Assembly: GCF_030013595.1 (NCBI RefSeq)
Contig: NZ_CP122768.1
Strand: one strand, 5' to 3'
DNA length: 64,000 nucleotides
Origin: Escherichia coli
GTDB taxonomy: Bacteria; Pseudomonadota; Gammaproteobacteria; Enterobacterales; Enterobacteriaceae
Shown here: positions 8,420-15,124 of the stretch, in pieces
Layout: every line of letters starts with the position of its first letter
How positions within the stretch are numbered: position 1 is the first letter of the stretch
Notes under the pieces: generated by a model
Told to the model about the DNA's origin: nothing
What the model saw: the letters and a program-made list of their open reading frames with translations, nothing else
Databases searched by the model: none
Made by a program: the position numbers and the translations under genes

Positions 8420-9004
8420 TCATGCCCCCGCGAGGCTTGCAACGTTAATTTTAACCAGGCGACGGGGAGGGATTTTGAAAGCACTAAGCCAGTTATTCGG
8501 ATCCCCCTGATATTCAGTAATCCGCCGTCCGGCTTCATCCATTCTTACGGTTTTACGCAAATAGCCCGGCGTATTTTCCACAGCCCACTGAACACTGTCT
8601 TTTGCAGCCTGGTAAATCTGATCTTCCAGCACCGCCAGCGTTGCAGAATCTGAAACGGAACGAATATCCACATCACTGAATTTTTTAGCCAGCTTCTGTG
8701 CACCAATTAATGCACGCTTGCGGTAATCCATCGACTTTTCACCAGCAAACGGGGCTGGAGCGCGACGGCCCATATTGCTGTATGCGGAATCCGCTTTAGC
8801 CTGGGCTTCTGCCAGTGAGGATTCATCTTCGACTGACGCGACGATGTTTTTATTCGCGTCATCCTCGTCCGCTTTTGTGAAATCCTGTGCGGGGATCGCA
8901 TTCAGAATTTCGATAATCTCCTGCGGAGTGCTGCCCTGCGACTCTGACAGAGCGTTAACCACCTCCATCAGTTTTAATCGCAAATCTTCTTTGCTTGCTG
9001 GCAT
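8420..9004 (-). CDS. Hypothetical 194-aa protein with acidic/helical N-half (possible scaffold or capsid-size factor)
   Basis: ATG at 9002-9004 with an AGGTGG RBS (the ORF-track GTG start lies 9 nt upstream). Located between the protease-like gene and a small RBS-bearing ORF. No family recognised. Confidence 0.5.
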   Translation of the reverse strand: MPASKEDLRLKLMEVVNALSESQGSTPQEIIEILNAIPAQDFTKADEDDANKNIVASVEDESSLAEAQAKADSAYSNMGRRAPAPFAGEKSMDYRKRALIGAQKLAKKFSDVDIRSVSDSATLAVLEDQIYQAAKDSVQWAVENTPGYLRKTVRMDEAGRRITEYQGDPNNWLSAFKIPPRRLVKINVASLAGA

Positions 9005-9043
9005 TTTTACCACCTCTCTTTTTTCACCAAAAAATCACGACCA

Positions 9044-9223
9044 TCAGGCCGGACGTTCTACGGGATAAAGCGCCCGCTGCATTAAACGCCGGGCGACCTC
9101 ATGAATGCTCGGAGCAATCCCCAGCGGAGAATTGCGGCGTTCCTCGTCCTGGATGCGCTGTAATGCTTCAATCTGATCACGAGCGAGTAAAACGGGTTTC
9201 ACGCTGGCTTTTCTCATAGTCAT
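9044..9223 (-). CDS. Hypothetical 59-aa protein
   Basis: MTMRKASVKPVLLARDQIEALQRIQ... The start at 9221-9223 is preceded by AGGAG 5 nt upstream. First ORF after the bidirectional terminator region. Confidence 0.45.
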   Translation of the reverse strand: MTMRKASVKPVLLARDQIEALQRIQDEERRNSPLGIAPSIHEVARRLMQRALYPVERPA

Positions 9224-9352
9224 ATCTCCTGAACAAAACAATGATTATGATTGCACAAACTGAAATAACGATCTACATCATTGCAATTTATGAAACAATA
9301 ACGCATGATGATCGCGTTCTTCCCATTGACTTCAATCACCTGAAAAACAAAG

Positions 9353-9381
9353 CCCGCAACACTTCTGGCTGCGGGTTTTTT
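9353..9381 (+). terminator. Intrinsic terminator on the + strand with no convincing + strand gene upstream
   Basis: CCCGCA (9353-9358) pairs with TGCGGG (9370-9375), followed by TTTTTT. Confidence 0.5.
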
Positions 9382-9389
9382 ACTGGCAC

Positions 9390-9413
9390 AAAAAAGCCGG
9401 GAAAAATCCCGGC
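9390..9413 (-). terminator. Intrinsic terminator after the PerC-like gene
   Basis: GCCGGGA (9396-9402) pairs with TCCCGGC (9407-9413). On the minus strand the hairpin is followed by a T6 run (A-run at 9390-9395 on +). Confidence 0.65.
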
Positions 9414-9418
9414 CTCCG

Positions 9419-9706
9419 TCACTGACTGCAATTTTTCGATCCAGGGTATTTCCTGAATGCCTTACCATTGGGCTGATGTAATCCCATCCCGGCATGTGCC
9501 CGGCTGATGGTTTCGCGCATTTCCCCGAAATTATCCTGCCTTGCTGGTGGGCGTGCTGCCTTGCGGATACATTCCGCGCGACGTTTTGCCGCCTGTTCCC
9601 GTGCCTTGTCATCATTCGCCAGCATGATGACCTCAGCCCACCGCGCCGCCGCTCTCCGGTACAGACCACGCGCTTCCAGTGCTTCCGCTTTGCTGTCGTG
9701 AATCAT
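9419..9706 (-). CDS. PerC/Pch-like small transcriptional activator
   Basis: 95 aa. The N-terminal motif KAEALEARGLYRRAAARWAEV fits the LE.xG.xRRAA.RW signature I recall for the PerC family. ATGA overlap with the upstream ProQ-like gene. Confidence 0.5.
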   Translation of the reverse strand: MIHDSKAEALEARGLYRRAAARWAEVIMLANDDKAREQAAKRRAECIRKAARPPARQDNFGEMRETISRAHAGMGLHQPNGKAFRKYPGSKNCSQ

Positions 9707-10245
9707 GCGCCTGTTTTCTCCTTTGCTGCCCGGCGCTGACGTTTGCGCTTCTCATTCAGCGCCACCAGCCGCGTTTCTGCGTCCTGTTGTTCCTGTGGTG
9801 TCACCTCGCCGCACGGCTGGCCTTTCAGGTCGTAGCGTACCCCACCAGCCATTAAGGCGCGGTAATAGCGCGGACACTGCGCATAAGATGCCAGCGTCGC
9901 ACGCAATGCCCCTGGACCGAATGCCAGCCCCCTGACGGCGAGATCCTGCATCAGGTCGTCGAATATCCCCACCTTAAGCGGCTTCGGTGCTTCCCGGCTG
10001 AATAATTCAGGCCACAACTCAGTGAGGCGGTTAACGCGCCTGCGGTTTTTGCGCTGGCGTTTGGTCATATGCCGCCACGGTGTCGCCCCTGTGGGCTTCT
10101 GCTGCGCTTTCTGGTTACCGGGCATCACTTTATGCGCCGATGTGGTTTTATCCTGCTCCTGCGCCGCCTGCGTCGTTTTCTGCGGCGTGCCGTAAATGCC
10201 TTTCGGTTTTCTGTTAATGGTCAGCTTAGTCATGCTTTGCCCCAT
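9703..10245 (-). CDS. ProQ/FinO-domain RNA-binding protein
   Basis: LTELWPELFSREAPKPLKVGIFDDLMQDL...ALRATLASYAQCPRYYRALMAGGVRYDLKGQPCGEVTPQE aligns residue-for-residue in pattern with the ProQ N-terminal domain (FPHCFS..RPLKIGIFQDL..LRSALRLYTSSWRYL..RVDLDGNPCGEL, recalled). Confidence 0.75.
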   Translation of the reverse strand: MGQSMTKLTINRKPKGIYGTPQKTTQAAQEQDKTTSAHKVMPGNQKAQQKPTGATPWRHMTKRQRKNRRRVNRLTELWPELFSREAPKPLKVGIFDDLMQDLAVRGLAFGPGALRATLASYAQCPRYYRALMAGGVRYDLKGQPCGEVTPQEQQDAETRLVALNEKRKRQRRAAKEKTGA

Positions 10246-10326
10246 CGTTTTTACTGGTTGCTACGTTGCCCAACGGCACTGACACAACATTCTGTTTTCA
10301 TTTTTAACATTCCTGATTTTTTAATT

Positions 10327-10708
10327 CCTCACCTGCTGCACAGTGAAAATTTATGAAGTTAATAACAATATGATTTTAAATGTATTTTTAAGTACTCACT
10401 TTTTAATCCTTATATATACGCAAAAGTGAGGTAAATAGTTAAGTTTTAGTTAATATCTTGCATGGTGTGTTTTTTAACCTACCTGTTATTTTTATTACCT
10501 CATTTCTATTAACTCACCATTCCTCACTTTTGTTCCTCACTTTTTATTATTCTTGTTCTGCTCCTCAGTCGTTTTCTTTATTGTTGTAATCTGTTGTTTT
10601 GCAATGTGTTTTTAACTCCTCACTTTTTGACCTATATACAGGTGAGAAAGTGAGGAGTGGCGTTGATTTTTTGTTAAATTACCCGCCATCCTCACTTTTG
10701 CTCCTCAC
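10327..10708. repeat. Replication-origin iterons (CCTCAC(T)TTT) in AT-rich DNA directly 3' of the replicase gene
   Basis: CCTCAC at 10327, 10522, 10535, 10618, 10690 and 10703. Inverted GTGAGG at about 10426 and at 10650. Variants ACTCAC (10394) and CCTCAT (~10498). Long T/A tracts lie between them. Confidence 0.8.
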
Positions 10709-10711
10709 TTT

Positions 10712-12127
10712 TTACAGTGGGCGCACATAATCACCGTCAATAGCGATTACGCCGTCGCTTTCCAGCTTGTACAGCCAGCGCCGGAAGTTTTTCATTTCAT
10801 ACCCCAGCTTTTTCATATCATCGCGGAGAAGGGCGATAGTGCACGCCTCCCCGTGTGCTGTTCGCGTTCTGATGCACTGCCATAGCGCAGCGTGATTTTC
10901 CGTCTTGTTCCCGGCCTCCTCGATGCGTTCCAGTTCAACAGGTGGGCGCGGCTTATCCACAACCACCAGCGACGTGATTAACTCCCCGTCAGTGTCGGTA
11001 AAAAGCTCCACCACGCGTAAATCATATGCAGCCTCTTTCAGTTCCTCCGCGTCCTTCATTTTGGTGCAGGAGATAACCAGGGCTTCACTGTCCGCACCTT
11101 CACGGCGAATACGGTATTCAGCGTCCAGAGATGCACGAAATGCACTGGAACCACGCGCCCCTTTTGTTTCATCCTTGCCGGAATGGTGAACCACCAGTAC
11201 CGTGGCCCCTGTGCGTCGTTTCAGTTCGTCACATCCACGGATAAACGCCCCCATATCCCGCGCGTCATTTTCATCATTACCGCCAAAGCAACGCGCCAGC
11301 GTATCCAGAATAATCATGCGTACCGGTTTACCCGTTTCCCGTTCAACCTGACGGGAAGCGATGACCATTTCATCAACATCAAGCGGGACCGCCGGAAAAA
11401 TCGGGCGGTTTACCAGGTACAGATTTTTCACCCGTTCATCATTAACGATTTCCCATGCTTTGATACGACGAGGAACACCGATCCCGCCCTCACCAACGAC
11501 ATACATAACCGCACCATGTACAACCCTGCGACCTCCCCAGTGGCGACCAGTGGCAACATGACACGCCCAGGAACACGCGAGGAACGATTTATAGGAACCG
11601 CTCGCGCCGTATGTGCTGCACAACGAATTAGCCGGAATCACGCCCTTAACGACATAATCAAGCTGTGTGTCGTATCCTGCAGATCCAATACTCATTGGTA
11701 GCGTGGTTTTTCGCTGGCTGTATTGCTCGTCAGTAAGTATTTCCCCGCGCTCTGCCTGTTCGCGGATCCGTTGCAGGTAGTCGTGCCAGTTCTCCAGCTT
11801 CTGGCTGTGCATTCCCTCAGGGTAATAATTCGCATCCCGTACACCTGCCGCCGCCAGTTTTTGCCCGATGGCATTAATATTTGACGGCTTGATGTGGCCT
11901 GCCTTGTACAGCCGGACACAATAGCGACCATCGTCGATAATTTTCAGGTCTGCCAGTTCGTCAAGCTGGCTGTCTCCCAGCCATACAGGCGGAACATTGT
12001 CGCCAGCAAGTCGCCCGTCCTGTTCCTGCCATTGTTTCGCGTGCGCCCAGGCATCACTACCCGCAAAAATAATGACTTCGGTCATTTTGTCGTGTGGCTG
12101 TTTTTTTAAGTTCGGTGCCAGTTTCAT
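10712..12127 (-). CDS. Satellite replicase: RepA/AAA_25-type (RecA-fold) ATPase with N-terminal primase-like region and C-terminal wHTH
   Basis: 471 aa. Walker A YGASGSYKS, Walker B MIILDTLARCFGG, and VLVVHHSGKDETKGARGSSA (DnaB/RepA-like motif). Iterons follow the stop codon. Confidence 0.75.
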   Translation of the reverse strand: MKLAPNLKKQPHDKMTEVIIFAGSDAWAHAKQWQEQDGRLAGDNVPPVWLGDSQLDELADLKIIDDGRYCVRLYKAGHIKPSNINAIGQKLAAAGVRDANYYPEGMHSQKLENWHDYLQRIREQAERGEILTDEQYSQRKTTLPMSIGSAGYDTQLDYVVKGVIPANSLCSTYGASGSYKSFLACSWACHVATGRHWGGRRVVHGAVMYVVGEGGIGVPRRIKAWEIVNDERVKNLYLVNRPIFPAVPLDVDEMVIASRQVERETGKPVRMIILDTLARCFGGNDENDARDMGAFIRGCDELKRRTGATVLVVHHSGKDETKGARGSSAFRASLDAEYRIRREGADSEALVISCTKMKDAEELKEAAYDLRVVELFTDTDGELITSLVVVDKPRPPVELERIEEAGNKTENHAALWQCIRTRTAHGEACTIALLRDDMKKLGYEMKNFRRWLYKLESDGVIAIDGDYVRPL

Positions 12128-12423
12128 TTTGTGCCCCTGAATGCGTTAATCATGTTTTTCATTTTCTGAATATTTGCCCGTGCCTTTGCGTTGCTGGTGG
12201 GCTGTTTGCGTGGTGTGGCCTGTATCAGTGAAAAATCACGCCGGAACTGATAAACAGGCATCACGCAGTCGTAGCTGTACCCATCACGGCGGTAAGTAAC
12301 GCACCGTCCGGCAATACTTTTAATCGTTACCGTGCCGCCGTAGTTATCCCGGAAAATATCGCCGGGGCGGATTTCAGGCCGAGGGAGACCACTGGCAGTA
12401 AAGCCAGAATTTTTCTTTTTCAT
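12124..12423 (-). CDS. Small conserved protein (DUF4222-like)
   Basis: 99 aa. IRPGDIFRDNYGGTVTIKSIAGRCVTYRRDGYSYDCVMPVYQFRRDF resembles DUF4222 proteins of P4-like prophages (recalled). ATGA overlap with the replicase. Confidence 0.45.
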   Translation of the reverse strand: MKKKNSGFTASGLPRPEIRPGDIFRDNYGGTVTIKSIAGRCVTYRRDGYSYDCVMPVYQFRRDFSLIQATPRKQPTSNAKARANIQKMKNMINAFRGTK

Positions 12424-12427
12424 GGTT

Positions 12428-12628
12428 TTATTTTCCTGTCAGCAGTTCCGGTTTTATTTCCGCACGAATACAGAGTTCAGAAAAAAATTCAGGAGAACCA
12501 ACAATCTCATTACTTTTCAGTCGGCATTGTGATTTCACTTTCCCTTTATCCAGGTAAACCAGTATGCGTCCGGTGAAATCATCTGGCACACTCAGGGTAA
12601 TTGTCATTGTTGCTTGCTGATTATCCAT
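12428..12628 (-). CDS. Hypothetical 66-aa protein, one copy of a ~45-aa DxFTG module
   Basis: VPDDFTGRILVYLDKGKVKSQCRLKSNEIVGSPEFFSELCIRAEI. 8-nt overlap with the upstream gene. Confidence 0.55.
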   Translation of the reverse strand: MDNQQATMTITLSVPDDFTGRILVYLDKGKVKSQCRLKSNEIVGSPEFFSELCIRAEIKPELLTGK

Positions 12629-12986
12629 GATTCACCCCCTGAATAACCTGATAACCGCAACTGGTCAGCAATTCGATAAATTCCGGCAGTGTTCCGAAAC
12701 AGCAATCATCTCGCAGCCGTTCTCGGGATACTTCAACGCCGTTTTCGTAGTGACTCACCATGCGTCCGGTAAAATGCAGATCATCATCGTGATGGCTCGT
12801 TAACGGCTTAATCAGTCGCGCACGTTCTGCCAGCTCCAGCAATGCTTCAACGCTTCCGGCAATTGCACCATCCGGCAGGTGATAATTACTTGCCACGCGT
12901 CCATTCTCCACGTTAACCAGTAGCTGCCCGGTGAATTTCTCATCAAACTGAATGCTGTTAAGGTCAGAAATTGACAGGTTAATCAT
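12621..12986 (-). CDS. Hypothetical 121-aa protein, two copies of the same DxFTG module
   Basis: FDEKFTGQLLVNVENGRVASNYHLPDGAIAGSVEALLELAERARL and DDDLHFTGRMVSHYENGVEVSRERLRDDCCFGTLPEFIELLTSCGY. 8-nt overlaps on both sides. Confidence 0.55.
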   Translation of the reverse strand: MINLSISDLNSIQFDEKFTGQLLVNVENGRVASNYHLPDGAIAGSVEALLELAERARLIKPLTSHHDDDLHFTGRMVSHYENGVEVSRERLRDDCCFGTLPEFIELLTSCGYQVIQGVNHG

Positions 12987-13344
12987 GGCGTACCTCCTGG
13001 CGAATACGGGCAGCGAATACCATCACGCAGCCATCAGGAGATTGCTGGCGTGCTTCCTGTTCGCTGGTGGCCACGATGTGAATCACGCGCGGTTGTGCGG
13101 TGCTCAGGGCGATAAAACGCCAGATAAAATTGTTTTCGCATTTCTGAATAAACAGCGTGTTTTCTTCGCGCCCTTTCCATGTTGCCGAGATATAGCCCAT
13201 GCCATTGAGCATCTCGCAGGCATCAACCAGCGTATCAGCGGCTACGTGTACAGTGTTTTTACCGTCAGCTATGCAATCACGGTGCACCGCCAGGAAGGTG
13301 TATATAAATTTAGGGTGAGTTTGGGTATGCTGTGTTCCAGCCAT
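12979..13344 (-). CDS. Icd-like (host cell division inhibitor-like) protein
   Basis: 121 aa from the ATG at 13342-13344 (GAGGT RBS): MAGTQHTQTHPKFIYTFLAVHRD ... NNFIWRFIALSTAQPRVIHIVATSEQEARQQSP..VFAARIRQE. This is the FIW.F.A / SE.EAR signature of Icd-like proteins (recalled). It is the only credible part of the 478-aa ORF. Confidence 0.55.
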   Translation of the reverse strand: MAGTQHTQTHPKFIYTFLAVHRDCIADGKNTVHVAADTLVDACEMLNGMGYISATWKGREENTLFIQKCENNFIWRFIALSTAQPRVIHIVATSEQEARQQSPDGCVMVFAARIRQEVRHD

Positions 13345-13446
13345 AATCGTTACCTCATTTAACGGTTTGGTTAGAAGCCCCGTTACTGCTCCAACAGTGC
13401 GGGGCTTCGTCGTTTCAATTGCTGAATTGCATGTATCAGCCCTTGT

Positions 13447-13499
13447 GGTATTCAGATTACATTTTGGTGAATACCATTTCAAGTCTTTTTTGGTATTCA
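13447..13499. promoter_or_regulatory. Operator-like repeats in the divergent region between the Icd-like operon and the RHH gene
   Basis: GGTATTCA (13447-13454), inverted TGAATACC (13468-13475), and GGTATTCA again (13492-13499). A 9-bp-stem hairpin GAAGCCCCG..CGGGGCTTC lies at about 13373-13407. Confidence 0.45.
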
Positions 13500-13543
13500 C
13501 TTTTGTATTACACTGCATCCCGTTATTAATCGGAGGTGCAAAC

Positions 13544-13849
13544 ATGTCCACGAGTTCTGTTAACAATAAGTCACAGCAACTGAATGCCAGATTTCCACAT
13601 GAAGTAGTGAGTGGCATTGAGGCATCCCTACAGCCAGGGGAAACTAAAGCGAATTTTATAGTTACGGCTGTACGCGGTGAGATCGCCCGCCGCCAGGCAG
13701 AAGGAAGCGGAGAAAACCCCCTGGTTTCTTCGCTCGATGCGCTGGCGCAGGTGGAAAAAATCGGAGTCAAAGCTGCCGAGGAGATCGGGCAGCTCGTCAC
13801 CGTCGCACGTGAAGAACTCCAGCGCCGCAAGGCCAAAGAATCAGAATAA
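13544..13849 (+). CDS. YlcI/YnfO-family (DUF3950, ribbon-helix-helix-like) protein, candidate island regulator
   Basis: 101 aa from the ATG at 13544 (GGAGG RBS 7 nt upstream). KSQQLNARFPHEVVSGIEASL..KANFIVTAVRGEI resembles K-12 YlcI (NIRFPNQMIEQINIAL..GNFSAWVIEAC, recalled). It is one of very few + strand genes in the island. Confidence 0.6.
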   Translation: MSTSSVNNKSQQLNARFPHEVVSGIEASLQPGETKANFIVTAVRGEIARRQAEGSGENPLVSSLDALAQVEKIGVKAAEEIGQLVTVAREELQRRKAKESE

Positions 13850-13906
13850 TAACTATCATCGCCGTGGTGTGAGGAACTCCGGCGCATTGCTTTACAGGTA
13901 CACAGA

Positions 13907-14107
13907 ATGACCAACAAAGAATCAACCAAAACACCATCACCAACCCGGAAGAGACGTCGCAAAAATATGACGCACGAGCATGAATCAGACAGATTCGCGC
14001 CGTGTGCGTTTGTCCTTGAGACGTTCCTTAAAGAGTACAGGCGCACAAAATTAGGGCCACATACCTGGAAAACATCGCGACATAGCGATATTAAAGAGCA
14101 GGAATAG
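13907..14107 (+). CDS. Possible basic 66-aa protein
   Basis: ORF only. Weak RBS, Lys/Arg-rich N-terminus, lies upstream of the + strand terminator. Confidence 0.25.
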   Translation: MTNKESTKTPSPTRKRRRKNMTHEHESDRFAPCAFVLETFLKEYRRTKLGPHTWKTSRHSDIKEQE

Positions 14108-14216
14108 CCCACCAGCAAGTCAGCATATTCACCATAATGACCCTCGGTTAAACCTAGAGTCATTGGTGCAAACCTGACACATTGCCCACCAGCCAGCAAA
14201 TCGCTATGATATTTGG

Positions 14217-14268
14217 GCTTATGTTTAGTGTTTTCCCATTGGCGACCGCCCCCGGTCGCCTTTGTTTT
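14217..14268 (+). ncRNA. Candidate ~50-nt small RNA (promoter plus strong terminator, no ORF)
   Basis: TTGCCC (14182-14187), a 17-nt spacer, then TATGAT (14205-14210). The terminator has GGCGACCG (14241-14248) pairing with CGGTCGCC (14253-14260), a CCCC loop, and TTTGTTTT. Confidence 0.3.
14241..14268 (+). terminator. Strong intrinsic terminator ending + strand transcription before alpA
   Basis: 8-bp GC-rich stem, 4-nt loop, U-tract. Confidence 0.75.
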
Positions 14269-14364
14269 GCCCGTTATCCGGCAATTGTGGCGCTTCGCCA
14301 CACGGTTGATATAATTCCCCTGCACTGATCCATTTTTTTCGCAGCAGGTTAATTGTTCGCAAGG

Positions 14365-14389
14365 GCGCTCCGGCAACGGGGCGCTTTTT
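14365..14389 (+). terminator. Second + strand intrinsic terminator
   Basis: GCGCTCC (14365-14371) pairs with GGGGCGC (14378-14384; one G-U pair), followed by TTTTT. Confidence 0.5.
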
Positions 14390-14419
14390 GTTATGTTCAT
14401 CGCGTTACGCCTCACACCA

Positions 14420-14626
14420 TTACGCAGCCGTTCCGCGCGCTTCTTCCTCGCGCTCTTTCAGCCAGGCCAGCACTTCATCTTCATACCAGCCAACACGACG
14501 CAGACCGATTTTGAAGCCTTTCGGGAATTTTCCGGCGTTGATCATGTCCTGTAGCGAACTGTCTGCCTTGATGCGCAGAATATTTTTTACTTCCTGACGG
14601 GTAAGTATTTTTCTGATTGTTTCCAC
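14420..14626 (-). CDS. alpA: AlpA-family transcriptional regulator / excisionase-like HTH protein
   Basis: 68 aa. ILTRQEVKNILRIKADSSLQDMINAGKFPKGFKIGLRRVGWYEDEVLAWL is the typical AlpA/CP4-57 regulatory motif. Confidence 0.85.
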   Translation of the reverse strand: METIRKILTRQEVKNILRIKADSSLQDMINAGKFPKGFKIGLRRVGWYEDEVLAWLKEREEEARGTAA

Positions 14627-14697
14627 TATGTTTTACCTCGTTAATCCGGCGTATTCCGGTGATAAATACGGTAAAACAGGGCAGGGCGGGAAAAACA

Positions 14698-14731
14698 GTA
14701 CCCACCGTTTTAAAACGGTACCCACTGTTTT
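14698..14731. promoter_or_regulatory. Direct repeats upstream of alpA (GTACCCAC(C/T)GTTTT x2 around a CCGTTTTAAAACGG palindrome)
   Basis: Copies at 14698-14711 and 14718-14731. They lie between the upstream terminator and the alpA start. Confidence 0.45.
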
Positions 14732-14760
14732 TATCTCATTGATTACGCTTTTCTTTCTGC

Positions 14761-14791
14761 AAAAAAATAGCGACCGCAAAGGGCCGCTATT
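14761..14791 (-). terminator. Intrinsic terminator separating the int-orf unit from alpA
   Basis: The minus strand reads AATAGCGGCCCTTTGCGGTCGCTATTTTTTT, a hairpin followed by a T7 run. Confidence 0.6.
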
Positions 14792-14795
14792 GTGA

Positions 14796-15026
14796 TTACC
14801 GTTTCCACTTCTTAGGTCGCCCACCGCATTTAAGGCTGGTGGGCCTCAGCACCTTGTCGATGCTTTCAGCCAGATTTTTCGATGCACCACGCGAGCGCAA
14901 AAAACTGACTACCTCGTGTTTTGTGGGGGCTGTTGATTTGTCTTCCGGATCGTATGTTGACCAGAATTCACGATTTGCCATTAACGCCAGTTGCAGCCCT
15001 TCGCCGTAGGCGGTGGTATTTTGCAT
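14796..15026 (-). CDS. Hypothetical 76-aa protein downstream of int
   Basis: ORF with a basic C-terminus (GGRPKKWKR). No family recognised. Confidence 0.45.
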   Translation of the reverse strand: MQNTTAYGEGLQLALMANREFWSTYDPEDKSTAPTKHEVVSFLRSRGASKNLAESIDKVLRPTSLKCGGRPKKWKR

Positions 15027-15124
15027 AATAGAATTTTCATATACTCCGGCCTTGTCGTTAAATTTGTGGCAATTATACGATGGTTTGGCATGGTTTGCAT
15101 CGCTTTTACTGGCTTTTTGTACAG

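Noticed and set aside
9220-9669. 149-aa minus-strand ORF overlapping the PerC-like gene in another frame
   Set aside because: It spans the bidirectional terminator region and is Arg/Gly-rich. The PerC-like frame has the conserved motif and is translationally coupled to the ProQ-like gene.
12979-14415. 478-aa minus-strand ORF, the longest ORF inside the satellite
   Set aside because: Only the last 121 codons (Icd-like, with its own RBS at 13345-13356) look like protein. The rest is Cys/Ser/Arg-rich with no RBS. It lies antisense to a well-supported RHH gene (13544-13849) and to two + strand terminators, so it is an open-frame artefact.
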